From Octopus vulgaris (lineage: Eukaryota): a DNA stretch of 64,000 nt. Shown in pieces: positions 27,469 through 41,596 of the stretch. Location: positions 33,914,001 to 33,978,000 of the forward strand of contig OX597823.1 of the NCBI GenBank assembly GCA_951406725.2, written 5' to 3'. The translations under genes and the position numbers were made by a program. How positions within the stretch are numbered: the first letter of the stretch is position 1; every line of letters starts with the position of its first letter. The notes under the pieces are model-generated. The model saw only the letters and a program-made list of their open reading frames with translations. It searched no databases and was not told the origin of the DNA.

Positions 27469-27925
27469 AATAATCTGTATTTTTGTTATTTTTTATTTGC
27501 CCTGTCCGTGTGAGCTAACAGTCGTACTGGCTTTCATGGGAAACATGTATTTTCGTGGTTGAAACCTTTTGGATTAACTGGTGCTAGAGTGAGCAATATA
27601 GTGACCACTCTCTTATATTTATTTTGTAAAAATATTATAATATGTTATAAAATATTATAATAATCCAGGTTTCTCGTAGCACTAGGCCACTTGGTGTGGA
27701 ATAAATATACTATTAAATTAGTATCTAATTCTCTCACCCTTATTAATTAATTATAATTATGCTGCATTTATTTCTAAATGCTGTATTTGTTTTCCGTGAG
27801 AGTTTGGCGCGCTGTTGGTTGGGGCATTTGAATTATAACGTCGGATGTAATCAATTGAACCACACGCGTATTTATCGTTATGGTAAAATCTGGCGTGTGA
27901 TTGAGTGGATTTCATCCAGATAGTC

Positions 27926-28001
27926 TTGGCTGACGAGCTACAAATGGATTTTTGTAAGTAATATTACATTTAATTCATTAATAGCGAAACAATTGTCCCA
28001 A
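27926..28001 (+). ncRNA. type-I hammerhead ribozyme (second tandem copy)
   Basis: Identical motif 533 bp downstream. Predicted cleavage after 27997. Confidence 0.85.
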
Positions 28002-28349
28002 AATAATCTGTATTTTTGTTATTTTTTATTTGCCCTGTCCGTGTGAGCTAACAGTCGTACTGGCTTTCATGGGAAACATGTATTTTCGTGGTTGAAACCT
28101 TTTGGATTAACTGGTGCTAGAGTGAGCAATATAGTGACCACTCTCTTATATTTATTTTGTAAAAATATTATAATATGTTATAAAATATTATAATAATCCA
28201 GGTTTCTCGTAGCACTAGGCCACTTGGTGTGGAATAAATATACTATTAAATTAGTATCTAATTCTCTCACCCTTATTAATTAATTATATATACATATATA
28301 TATATACACACACATGCACAGTCTGTGCTTGTGTGTGTGTGTATGTAGC

Positions 28350-28538
28350 CCACTCAGCGGAGTGGTTAGTGTTAGGAAGGGCATCCAGCCATAAAAACCT
28401 TGCCAAAGCAGACACTGAAGTCTGGTGCAGGCTCCTGCTTGGCTAGCTTCTGCTTGGCCAGCTCCTGTCAAACCGTCCAACCCATACCAGCATGGAAGGA
28501 GGATGTTAGACAACAACGAAGATGATGATGATGTTGAT
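28350..28538 (+). mobile_element. RTE 3' tail
   Basis: GAGTGGTTAGTGTTAGGAAGGGCATCCAGC...CCATACCAGCATGG...(GAT)n. Confidence 0.8.
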
Positions 28539-28584
28539 GTACATACATATATATGCGTACACATATGTATATAACTGTATGTGT

Positions 28585-28960
28585 GGAGGCGCAATGGCCC
28601 AGTGGTTAGGGCAGCGGACTCACAGTTGTAGGATCGAGGTTTTAATTCCCAGACTGGGCATTATGAGTGTTTATTGAGGAAAAACACCAAAGCTCCATGA
28701 GGCTCCAGCAGGGGGTGGTGGTGAACCCTCTGTATTCTTTCACCACAACTTTCTCACACTCCTTCTTTCTGTTTCTGTTCTACCTGTATTTCAAAGGGCC
28801 AGCCTTGTCACACTCTGCATCACGCTGAATCTCCACGAGAACTACATTAAGGGTACAGGTCTGTGGAGTGCTCAGCCACTTGCACGTTAATTTCATGAGT
28901 AGGTTGTTCCATTGATCGGATCAACTGGAACCCTCGTCGTCGTAACTGACGGAGTGCCAC
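28585..28960 (+). mobile_element. tRNA-derived SINE family C, full length
   Basis: TGGCCCAGTGGTTAGGGCAGCGGACTC head. Full reverse-complement copy at 55877-56245. Confidence 0.85.
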
Positions 28961-29362
28961 GATTAATGTATGTACATATAATATGCAGGTGTGTGTATGT
29001 GTGTGTGTGTGTGTGTGTGTAGAAAGAGAAGACTTAAAACCAATCCATCAGTAAATATTATTGACCACAGTAAGCTGTGTTTACTTGTCTACGCCACATA
29101 ATTGCAATAGTCTGTGCTCTGTGGACAAACACATTATTAAATATTTAGTCAATCACCATTATAACTACTCTCAAACTCATATTTAACAATCATCAGTGAA
29201 AACCAACAGATTTCAGCTTAGTTCTTCACCCCTACTCAGCACCATTCCCGCCCCACCACTGACAACAACAACAACAACTTTACTGCTGCCCACAATAATT
29301 CATAATTATTGCTTGGAACATGATTTTTATTTTCAGAGAGTGTGTTTGTTATTTATATATGC

Positions 29363-29543
<181 letters not shown>

Positions 29544-29640
29544 CATACATACATAAATATATGTACGTATGTGTGTATCTATGTATGTATGTGTGTATTT
29601 TTGTATGTACATATGTATACACGTGTATATATATATGTAT

Positions 29641-29674
<34 letters not shown>

Positions 29675-30672
29675 ATACATATATGTATCTATGTATACAT
29701 ACATATTTATATGTATGTGTATATATACATGTATATATATATATATGTATGTATACATATATATTCATATGTATGTATGTATGTTTATGTGTGTGTATAT
29801 ATGTATGTATATATATGCATATATTTATATGTATATGTATATGTATATATGAATATATATGTATTCATACATGTGTGTGTGTGTTGGTTTGTTTATGTTG
29901 TTATTTCCGACAAGTTGTGAATAGACATCATCTGAATCCATTTCAACAAGCCATTGAGAATGTTGCTGTTGTTGGTGGTGGTGTTGTTTTTGTTTGGAGG
30001 TGATGGGCATGTGTTCAGTGAAAAAGGCGGGATATAATATTAAAAAAAAACACAGGAAAGATGAAGAAAGAAGATTTTGACCCATTTAAAGCAGAACATT
30101 TTTTTTTATTTATGTTTCTCTGTTTACTTTTCATTTTTTTTTTAATTTTTACTCTTTATATTTTTCTTCCTTTTTTTTAAATTTTTGTATGTAATTATTT
30201 CCAAGATAAATACAAGATACAGCAGCAGCGGCAGCAGCAATGTCCTGCCTAATAATGGTGTCTCAGGAAAAGATCATTGACAAATTCATGGCAACGTTTC
30301 TAGAAAGTCGGAGAATAACGAGCAAATGCTAATGAGTATTAATGAAACAGGTCAGAACATGTGTTTGCAGATGAGAAGTTAATTATTACGAACATTAATT
30401 GAAAGTTAGAAAATTAATGAAAAACACACACACATAGTAACAGTCACAATAAAAATTTGACAAGCTGAATATGCCAGCCACTACATAAGGGCTTCAAAAC
30501 TAGAACATTAAACAACTTGTATGTCATAATCTAGTTTTTACTGCTTTATTAATAAAATACTGGCAGGTTTTTTGGGTGATTGTGGTTAGTTGTTGTTGTT
30601 GTTTTTTATTAGGTCTTAACTTGCAAAGAAAAATTGAAGTTATGCAATTATATAACATTTCATTAGATTTGT

Positions 30673-31066
30673 AGGTGTGGAGTGTAGCTGTGTGGTTAAG
30701 GAGCTCATTTTGCAACTGTGAGGTTTTGGGTTCAATCCCATTGCATGACATCCTGATCAAATGTCTTTTGCTATAGCCTTGGGCTGACCAATGCCTTGTG
30801 AATGAACTTATGAGATGGAAACTGTGTGGAAACTTGTTGTATTTATGTGTGTGTGCCTTTATCTGTGTTTTCCCCCATCACCAGCACTTCACAACCTGTG
30901 TTAGTTTGTTTACATCCCTGTAATTTAGCAGATTGGCAAAAGACCCAACAGAATAAGTACCAAACTTTGAAAATAAATTCTAGGGTCAATATAGTCAGCT
31001 AAACCCATCGAAGCATCACTCCAGCATGGCTGCAGTCCAACAATTAATAGATGAGAAATAAAAGAC
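30673..31066 (+). mobile_element. SINE family A, diverged copy
   Basis: Colinear with 813-1236. Confidence 0.8.
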
Positions 31067-31310
31067 TAGAAGACTAACCAGTGGCGCAACAGAAAAAAAA
31101 ACCCTCTCTTAAGGACCAAATCATTGTAGAGGAATCATTGGAATTCTGTAGAAATCTTTTATTTCAAACACAATATTTATATTATTTGTATCACTTGCAG
31201 CAGATTGTTTTTTTGGGGGGTTTCTTTTCTCTCACATCTTTAGATATTGTGTATTGCCATCACTGACAGTAAATAGACATACGAAGCACACACACACATA
31301 CACAAACATT

Positions 31311-31362
<52 letters not shown>

Positions 31363-32059
31363 AATATACACACACATGCATAAATGACAAAAACAGTCTC
31401 CCCGGAAATAGATGGACTGACTCTGATGGTAGCAACCTGTCTAATCCTACCAATATGACAACGACAATGATGATGACGATGATGATGATCTTACACACAT
31501 ACACACACTGTGAATGCGCAAACTTTTTGGCATGAAAGAGAGGGAGAGGGGGAGAAAGAAAGAGAGAGAGTGGACACTAAGTGTAAAAGTGACCATTCTT
31601 CTGTTGAAGCAATGATGTACGTATTTGTGTTTGTTAAATGCATTTTTATGTGTCAGTGATATATAAATATATTGTATATAACATTAAATCATAATGATTA
31701 TATATATAACAACTGCAGTGTGGAAGATGTTTATAAGCCATTTCAAAACACGCAAAACACTTTCCACGCTACAATTATTTTTGTTTCAGCACACAATCTC
31801 AGATCAGGTCACTTGCTATGCAAGTACATCTCTGTAATTATATATATATATATATAGATATAGATATATGCATATATATAAGACAACTCGCCTGGCCATA
31901 ATTTTTTCAGAGGAATAGTTCTTAAACTATCAGCAGCGTTCTTGTGTTTTTAAAAAAGCATTCTTTGCAGAGAACAGTTATTGTTTAGAGAAACTGAAGA
32001 TATGTCCAGATATGCAACCAATGGTTTTTTCCTAAAAATATTATTTTACACATAGAGAA

Positions 32060-32092
<33 letters not shown>

Positions 32093-32185
32093 TGTATGTA
32101 TGTATGTATGTATGTATGTATGTATGTATGTATGCATGCATGCATGCATGCATGTATTATGTATACACATATATACATATACATA

Positions 32186-33043
32186 TAAATATCCAGTAGT
32201 GTGGGCTATGGTCTAGTCACCCGCATTGTAAATCAGGTGGTTCATGAAGGAGTTGTACCCAATGATTGGTGTAGCAGCACCATAGCCAACTGCTTTAAAG
32301 GTAAAGGTGATGCCTTTGATAGAAATAATTACAGAGGTATCAAATTGTTGGATCAGGTGATGAAAGTTGCAGAGAGAGTCATAGACCAACTAATCAGGGA
32401 GAGAGTTAGACAAGATGGGGTGCAGTTTGGTTTTGTGCCAGGTAGAAGCACCACTGATGCTATATTTCTTATAAAGCAACTGCAGAAGAAATGCCTAGCC
32501 AAAGATAAACCTCTGTCCTTGGATTTTGTTGACTTGGAGAAACCTTTGACAGGATCCCTTGCTCTCTTATCTGGTGGTCAATGTGGAAACCAAGAATAGA
32601 CAAATGGCTGGTGAGAGCTGTACAAGCCACGAGAAATTATAGTCATGGCTGATGCTGGTGTCACAATGCTAGCACCCATGCTGATAGCACGTAAAAAGCA
32701 CCTTTCAAGCATTATGCTTCATGGAGGCAAAGTGGCTGAGCTTCTTTCAAGAGTTCAGCCTCATGGAGCAATGATCAAGACCTTGGGCATTATGTCATGC
32801 TTGAGAAAAAGACCTATCAAACCGAGCAAAACTGACAGATACTGGTGTCATGCAAATAGACAGTCTTGGAGTAGTTGGTGTTAGGAAGGGCATCGATCTG
32901 TAGGAACCATGCCAAATCAGACTGGAACCTGGTGCAGCTCTCCACCTTGCCAGCTCTGGTCAAACCATCCAACCCATGCCAGCATGTCCATGCCAGCATG
33001 TCCATGCCAGCATGGACATGTTAAATGATGATGAGGATGATGA
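32186..33043 (+). mobile_element. RTE RT fragment with internal deletion, joined to 3' tail
   Basis: ORF 32201-32599 contains PNDW..KGKGD..NYRGIKLLDQVMK..QFGFVPGRSTTDAIF. Tail at 32868-33043. Confidence 0.9.
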
Positions 33044-33083
33044 CATATGTACATTGAAAAAGCTGCATTATTTATGGGACGTC

Positions 33084-33140
<57 letters not shown>

Positions 33141-33424
33141 GTATGTATATATATGTATGTATAATATATATATATGTATGTCTGTATGTATGTATATATA
33201 TATGTATATAGGATATATATATATATATATATATACAAACAAACTATTAGTGGTTCGGAGTTTAACTGCTCTTTCTAGTGAGTCGGATGTCCTATTATGG
33301 CCATCCTTTATATGTTTGAATGTATATTATATAGTCTATTGACTATTTTTTCTTTCTCACTTGACCGCTGGTAGCGGAGAATTTTTCTAGAATGTTTTGC
33401 TACCCTAAAATTTATTAATTATTA

Positions 33425-33527
<103 letters not shown>

Positions 33528-33567
33528 GATAGATATATAGATAGATAGATAGACAGATAGATAGATA

Positions 33568-34135
33568 GATAGGATACTGTGCAGGGAAGTAGATAGAGAT
33601 AGCATAGGGTGTCCACAATTCCACATAGTCAGCTACACGGATCAGAAACTTGTGACATGTATGCTAGACTTAGGTAAGACACATAGGCAGGGTCCCGGGT
33701 ACTGGAAACTAAACGCGTCTTTCCCATCGAGACAGGTTTTCAGAGACCAGATTAGCACACTAGTAAAGAGGGCTTTGACGGGAGCCATCATCAACAACAA
33801 ATGGTGGTTTGCCCTCAAGAGAGCAATAAAAGCAGAAGCAATTAGGTATAGCAAAGCACTAGCCATAGATAGAAACAGAGTAGAGGGTGAGCTAGTTAAG
33901 AAGTTAGAAGAGGCAATTAGAAGTGGCATCGTATCCGACGTTTTGGAGTCGAGGTTGACCCTCGACCAACACTTCAACGTCGAACACGAAGGGTGTGTTG
34001 TCAGAGCTAGGATGCATGCTCTAAGGAACAAAGGTGTTGGAGCTGCATGAGAGGCCCGGGTGGCAGAGGCACAACATGGTCTCTGGTAGATGAACAGGGG
34101 CGTGAATTATTCGAGCCAAGTAAAATGTGTGAGGC
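33568..34135 (+). pseudogene. Tx1/L1-clade LINE ORF2 fragment (endonuclease end and linker)
   Basis: DRILC..YTDQKLV (SDH-like motif), followed by GPGYWKLN and WWFALKRAIKAEAIRYSK. Confidence 0.78.
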
Positions 34136-34281
34136 ATTATTCTTTGTAAGCCTAGTACTTATTCTATCGGTCTCTCTTGCTGAACCGCTAAGTGACAGGG
34201 ACGTAAACACACCAGCATCGGTTGTCAAGCAATGTTGGGGAGACAAACATATACATACACACACATAGGTAGATCACATAT

Positions 34282-34356
<75 letters not shown>

Positions 34357-34359
<3 letters not shown>

Positions 34360-35050
34360 AAATCAGAAAATGGAGAAATACATCTAAATCATTAATCAAC
34401 TACCAGATAATACCCAATCACATACTTTATTGAACCACTACATAAGAATATTAAGGTTAAACATAAAAATATATAACAAAACAGCGTACATGAATGAGTA
34501 ATACAATACAATAGGTACAATCATTATAAGAGGATATAAATAAATAAATATAAATAGATATAAATATAAATATACACTATATCTTACAGCTGTTTCGGCC
34601 ATGCAGATAAATATGCCTCATTTTACCTATATTAGCCATGTATAGTATGTCAATATGAAGTTAAAAATGAGACATTTACAAAGATATCTTAAGGCCTCTT
34701 CGGAGATTCTAAAGTATAAACCAAATTACATATATACTCATATAAGTGTGGGTACATACCCATAAAAAATCATTTACATATATATATATATGAGTGCATA
34801 TACTCATACTCTTATACATACACATATACATATACATAATAATACAAATAATATAAATCAATAAAATATATATATGTTCCATATTCAATGTTTTTCAACT
34901 TAATATTAAGATATTACAACGTAGAGAACATAGACATATTCATACTTCAATGCAGATATATAGAGTCAGTATTACCTTATATTAATTTACAAAAAGTCAT
35001 TAATGTTAACATCAATACTGTTATCAATATCATTAATGCTACCAATATCA
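34357..35050 (-). mobile_element. second, diverged copy of PLE family P2, in (TA)n
   Basis: Colinear with 23553-24092. Confidence 0.72.
34581..34707 (-). ncRNA. minimal type-I hammerhead ribozyme (family P2)
   Basis: AUCU-CCGAAGA-GGCC...GGCC-GAAA-CAGCUG-UA-AGAU. Core identical to the 23785 copy while the loop differs. Confidence 0.72.
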
Positions 35051-37099
35051 TATATATATACGATGAGCTTCTTTCAGTTTCTGTCTACTAAATCCGCTCA
35101 CAAGGTTTTGGTCAGCCCAAGGTGCCACACAGTGGAACTGAACCTGGAATCATGTTTTTGGGGAGCAAGCTTCTTACCACACAACCATGCTTATGCCTAT
35201 GTATATATATGTATGTGTTGGATTCCTGGGTTTATTTTACCAATTTCTCACTAATGAAGAAAAAAACAGTTTTTAACCAAGAAACGAGATTCTACCTTTG
35301 GAATATAGACAGCATCAAACAATGTTGTCTTCCATATATGTTTCTGTGTATATAAGCATGCATTTTTGTATGCACGTATATGTACACATACACACACACA
35401 CACACACATGCATGTACATATGTATGTTTATACATATGTGCCTGTCATTACATGTGTGATGTCATTAGTCATGTGAATTTGTATGTTTTGACTTAAGTGT
35501 GTGTACATAAAGATATAACAGCATAGCTAGATGTGTGTATACATGCTTGCCACATGCTAAATTTCTTGAATGTTTTACATATTTTGATTGTGTTTTGATA
35601 GCTGTAATCTTTTGATTAACCATAGTCTCTATGGCATTTTGAAAACTGTTTGTGTGTATGTATGTATTTATATGTAGAGAACAATGCTGAATGTACATAG
35701 TAAATCAAAAGACATTCAGTAAGAAACAAGAAGAGATGTTTGTCCCAGATTGAATTTAACACTTAAACAATATCAAACTTCCCTTTGCTTTAAACAGACA
35801 TCAATTTCCTGTTATTTTAGCATTTGAGATGGCCATTAACAAATGAAATATATTTTCACTTTTACTTTTGTAATTACTGTTAATGCATTTCGGATAGATG
35901 TGTCTGATGCCATTATTGAGGTACAGGTATACTAATCCGTATAAGAGTTGCCTTTCGGAAAAAATAATTAAAAGTCATTGGAACATAGATAAACATATGG
36001 GAAGGCAGAGGAAATCTGCCACAGCAAAGTCTGACCAAACCATGCAAGCATGGAAAAGCAAACACTAAAATGATGATGGTGATGATGGTGATTCACGTGA
36101 GTTAAAAATAGAACTGTAATAGAAAAAGCAATATAACTGGGCCCCAGTTATATAAAAGCAATATAACTGGCAGAATCGCAAGCAAGCTGAGCGTAAAAGG
36201 ATTTCTTCTGACTCTTGAAGTTTTGGGTTCAAATTCTGCTGAGGCTGACTTCGCCTTTCATCCTTTCAGGTTCAATAGAGTAAAAACCAGTTGAGCATTT
36301 GTAAAAGATGGAGGTGGTGAAAGTGAGAAAGGGATTTGCAATACTGACAAAGAAGCAGTGTGGTTTCATGGATGGAGAAGGTGAATTCTAATGTGGAATA
36401 TATTATCATTGTCCTCATTGTTTTACATCCACCTTTCCATGCTTGCAGAGGTTAGGTGGAATTCACTGAAGCAGACTTTTCACAGCTGGATGCATTTTAT
36501 GTTGCAAACCCTCAACTGTTTCAAAGCAAGATAACATTTCCCCATGGCTAGACATGTTTTCATGGAAAATTGGAAATGAGGAGTGTCGCTTGTATGATGG
36601 TGACATTTGTTTACAGCTGTAATGCAATTTCACAACAAGGACCCCCCTCATCCCCCACATATACAATAGGCTTTTTCAGTTTCCATTCTGCAAAATCTGC
36701 TCACAAGGCTTTGGTTAGTCAGAGCTGTATATCAGACAATTACCAATAGGTGCCAAGAGGTGGGACTGAACTCAAAACCATGTGGTTGAGAAGTAGAATT
36801 CTTAACCACACAGCTATTCATGTTCACATACACACACACATACATGCAATTTAATATACACAGGCTTTAAAATTGAGCTGATATAAGTTTCCTGCTGATT
36901 AAATTGTAGTTGGGTGAGCTTGTATAGCATGCTGTGTACAGCAACATAAAATTTATATAGTAACAGTAGCACAATTTTAAATCTTGTGTATACTAAATAA
37001 TACCCATCACTCACTGGACGGAGTCTTTTTTATGTTGATCCCATCAATTAACAGAATATTACACTATATATATGTACATACATACATATATATATATAT

Positions 37100-37265
37100 G
37101 TATTTTGTATTTATTTTCTCTCCTTGTCTCTTTCTGTGTTCCTTTGTGTGGAAGAGCGTAGGCTTGAAACGTTAAAGACTTTTCACTTCCCAAGCATTAT
37201 ACTAAAACATCTGTTTGTTGTCTATACCACCTGTCTTCGTCTTTTTTTGTTTTTTTTGTGAATTC

Positions 37266-37270
<5 letters not shown>
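37100..37270 (+). mobile_element. PLE family P3 3' end with decayed hammerhead motif
   Basis: GAAGAGCGTAGGCTTGAAACGTTAAAGA. Ends CCC-(TA)n. Confidence 0.6.
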
Positions 37271-37305
<35 letters not shown>

Positions 37306-38554
37306 ACAGAGTTTGTGTGTGTGTGTGTGTGGTATCAAAAGATTGAGTAATCTTTTAGCTACCAAATAAAGTATGTTTTTTTGCACAACTCTTTTTTACT
37401 ACAAAAATGACCTCAAAATTGAGGCAACTCTGACAGAACAATCTGTGTCTTAGAACATAATAAGAAAATGTTTAAAATATTTGGAGTTTTTAACCAGGAA
37501 ATGAAAGTTCAAAGATATACCATCAACTTTATTAGTATTATTTAGTAGATAATCTTTTAATATGAAGTGTGTTTGTTTGTATTTTGTTTAGCCCAGAGTT
37601 GCCTCTTAAGTAGCAGAACCATCACATAGTTTTTTTTTTTTTTTGTTCATGAAATACTGTAAATCAGTGTCTTTCTTTTAATGAAAGGGTGTGTTTTAAG
37701 AGAGATTTGGCTGCTGTTTGTAGTAGCTCAAGTTATCACAGACACACCTCTGTCTGTCTGTGTGTGTGAGGGGGTTGCATCAGACACAGCATCGGACACT
37801 GGCATTGGACACTGGCATCAGACACGGCTACGACCTCAGGATGTGGGGGCAAATGTTTTCTTAACTTCTGTCATAATTTCAGATTGATCAAAACACAAAA
37901 AATGTAATTGAGAAAAGAGAAACATTTGTGTGGAGGTCTGTCCTTAGTCCCGAGTTCTACACTTTATCCATCGTGACCCAGCTTAACTGTATTATTTGGC
38001 CTTTCAGTGTCTTTAATGAAGTCCACTCTGTTATAAGTATCTGGATTAAATATAGTCTGAGGATAGCTTTCTCCTTTCCATTCCACCTCTTTCAGGGACA
38101 ATGGTAAAAGTAACTAAGCTACAAAAATATTTTAAACTATGAGAATTCCTGATCTTAGGTATAAGCTTTGAGTTGCTATGGCAACTCAGCAATCCTTACA
38201 ATAGTAAAACTTAAAAGTTGTTTGTCTGTTTGCGTGTTCTGGAATTTTAGCACAAACAGTATAGAATGTTTTGATTAATGTGCTCTTGCTTGCCAGACCA
38301 TTTGCAGAAAAAAAGCTGCAGTGGATTTCTAGGCAGTAGAAACCTCAAACATGAAGGAATTGGTCCCATGTTATATCAATATAGAAAAGAAGCTTTGCTC
38401 CATTGATGGATGGCAGGTAACAGAGAATATAGCATGCACAGACACACAAACACCCTGAGAGAGAGAGAAAAAAAAAAGAGAGAGAACGTAGAGACTAAGG
38501 AAAAAGAAGACTTCTGCTCTGCTGAAGTAAAGAAATATATGTATTGGTGTTCGT

Positions 38555-38748
38555 GATAGATCGTTAGCCACTACACACATTTTTTCTGTCCTTGTTTCTC
38601 TCCTTGTTTTTTCTGTGTCCCTTTCTGTAGAAAAGCGTTGGCTCAAAACGTAAAAGACTTTTTCTATTCCTGAGCGTTATACTAATACATCTGTTTGTTT
38701 TGTACACCACCTGTCTTCGTCTTTTGTTTTTTTCATAAACTCTCCCTA
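38555..38748 (+). mobile_element. PLE family P3 3' end with decayed hammerhead motif
   Basis: CTTTCTGTAGAAAAGCGTTGGCTCAAAACGTAAAAGA. Ends CCC-(TA)n. Confidence 0.6.
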
Positions 38749-39458
38749 TATATATATATATATATATATATCTGTAAATGTAATATGTAACAATTATATA
38801 TTATATATATATATAATATATATATTTTCTTTATTAGCCACACACACATATATATTTTCTTTATTAGCTACACAGGGCTGAACACAGAGGGGACAAATTA
38901 CAAAGTAGACCTTTTCTTTTTGGGGAGAAAAAAAAAGGGGGATAGGTTTTCGATCAAAAGGGATCATAAAAAAAAAACAATCAATGGGGATCATGTATCA
39001 CAGAAATGTCATGATGTAAAGTGTAAAGGGGGAAACAGATAAGGTTTATCCATGGAAAGAAAAGCCTACGGAAAAGACCACAGTAACCTCGGTCAATAAT
39101 GTCACATGTTAACACATTTATTTGCAAGTAAGTAACTCTCTGTTTTAAATTTTTCCAGTTTCATAGGATTATCTATTTTGTGGGAACATTGTAGAATTTA
39201 CAATAAATTTAGTGATTTGTGAGCTGGAATTACAATGCTTAACATTATGTCTCAAGGTGAAGGTCAATATAGGTGTTTCAAGTTAACCTGAAGACTTTAT
39301 ATGTATGTCTGATTGTGTCTGTTTGGTGGGGAGAGGACATTGGTCTTACTAAGTGTTACTAGAAATCAGACTTTCAGCTTGGCAAAATAAATCTTCTTTC
39401 CATAATATAAACTAAATAAATCAAACAATTCTAGTAAATGACCTTTTAATTCTGACAT

Positions 39459-39889
39459 ACTCTTTTACTCTTTTACTTGTTTCAGTCATTTGACTGCAGC
39501 CATGTAGGAGCACCATCTTTAGTTGAGCAAATAAACCCCAGGACTTATTTTTTGTAAGCCTAGTACTTATTCTATCAGTCTTTTTTGCTGAACCACTAAG
39601 TTACGGGGACATAAACACACCAGCATCAGTTGTCAAGTGATGTTGGGGGGATAAACACAGACACACAAACATACACACACATGCACAATCACACTCACAC
39701 ACACACACACACGTATACATATATACAACAGGCTCCTTTCAGTTCCATCTACCAAATCCACTCACAAAGCTTTGGTCAACTAGAGGCTATAGTAGAAGAC
39801 ACTTGCCCAAGGTGCCACGCAGTGGGACTGAACCCGGAACCATGTGGTTGGTAAGCAAGTTACTTACCACACAGCCATGCCTGCACCTA
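39459..39889 (-). mobile_element. SINE family A, full length
   Basis: Reverse-complement homolog of 813-1236, with B box GGTTCAGTCCC. Confidence 0.88.
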
Positions 39890-41314
39890 TAAATATTTCT
39901 AACTTTTTTTTTTGTCCTTTTAATGTGGAACTTCAAAGTAGATGTAACTGTTTAATATTCAAATCTGTTTTACAAGTTAAGACAGATTTATAGTTTTCAT
40001 TATTATTATTTTTGTTTTTTAGGTGTGTCTGAATTTGTAGGTATATATCTCCAGAATGTTTGCGGCTGACATAGTCCTAGAATATTACTACAATTAAATG
40101 CTTGTTACGTTGACTTTTCAAATGTCTGCTGTTGATCTTTGTTCCAGTGTAGCAGAAATCTTCTTTTTTATTTATTTATTTATCCACTTTATCCTGTCTG
40201 TTGGGAACAATGGGTTTTCATTGCCAAGTGGTCCACAAAGCTGATTCTAATAACCATATTCATTAATGCGTCCTTTGCTAATACATGACTATGCAAAGAC
40301 AGTTTGATGAATCAGAACATATTCTAGCTAACTTGCTACCAAAATTGTCAAAAACAAGATATTGCCAATCAGGAAAGTTCTGTGAAATGAAGCCATTATT
40401 AAAACAAACACATGCTCTATTTAAAATTAAACTGAAACCTTTCTTCAGTGTGAGTACCATAGCAATTAGAAAACAATTAATTCCCATAATGAGACTAAAA
40501 CCTAATTATTGCCAAGTTGTTTGTTTCCCTTTCTGTTTATCATAACATGATTTCTCTGTCTTCCATGGAGAATTCCCCCCAAAAATCATATAATTTTCTG
40601 ATGACATTTTATTTTTATGAGCAGTTTTATATTTGATGAGTGTTGTAGTTACTCCAGTGACCCAACACTGGCTTTTTCCTGTTCATTATGGTTTACTTTA
40701 GAGATGCTTTAATATTTCCAATTTTAACCTTTCTCTAGCCCTGCTCCTATTTAGTTAAACTTATTTTCATAACACATTATATATATATCTGTTTTTCATT
40801 AGTAGCGTTTCTTAGTTCATATCGCAAAAGTGTTGCTTACATAATATTGAGAGTAAAAAATGAAAAGAGAAGATAGAGAGACACATGTAAGATTTTTCTA
40901 TTTTGTATATTTAAGCAAATTTCAATATGAATATCCTTTGGGCTTTGGACGTCGTTCAATATGGACAGCCATGATATTGGTGTACAAACTGTAAACAATA
41001 GATTGATGTTGATGTTGATGTTGATGTAGTTGTTTCTGTTATTGTTGCTGCTGTGGCTGTTGAAATGGGGTCATGTGGTAGTGATATTGTGCTCAATAAG
41101 ATGTTAGAACACATAATGGTGATGGTCATTTGGAAAGTCATAGGTTAGATATTTAGAATTAATGTCAGAGGTGTATAGCAGGAATAGTGAAGGTCACCAT
41201 CATAAATGTATAGGTTCAGTATTCAGGGTGGCTGTCATACATGATTGGTTTAATGGTGAAAGTGAATGTCATGCATGAATGGATCAGAATATTCATAAGA
41301 GACAATATATTTCC

Positions 41315-41596
41315 ACTCACAACTCTCCTTTCCTCCCCACATCACAATACTCAATATTTCAGACTCACAACTCCTCTCCTCTTTACAACACTATATTTCA
41401 TTCACCACTCCCTTCTCCTCTTCACAACACATTATTTCAAACAGACTCACAACTTCACCATCTGTCTTACAACACAGTACTTCAAACTCAAAACTTCCCT
41501 CTGTCTACAACACAGTATTTCAGACTCATAACTCTCCTTCTCCCTATAGCACATTTCTGACAAACTCACAACTCTCCTCTATGCTTCACAACATAC
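41315..41596. repeat. degenerate minisatellite, about 38-bp unit, about 7 copies
   Basis: Recurring ACTCACAACTC...CAACAC.TATTTCA. Confidence 0.75.

Larger units (their letters stand above)
26895..28288 (+). mobile_element. young Penelope-like or retrozyme-like element (family P1): 250-bp inverted arm plus 2.1 tandem 533-bp units
   Basis: Units start at 27145, 27678 and 28211. 26895-27144 is the reverse complement of 27373-27622. Embedded in (TA)n, with no ORF. Confidence 0.85.
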
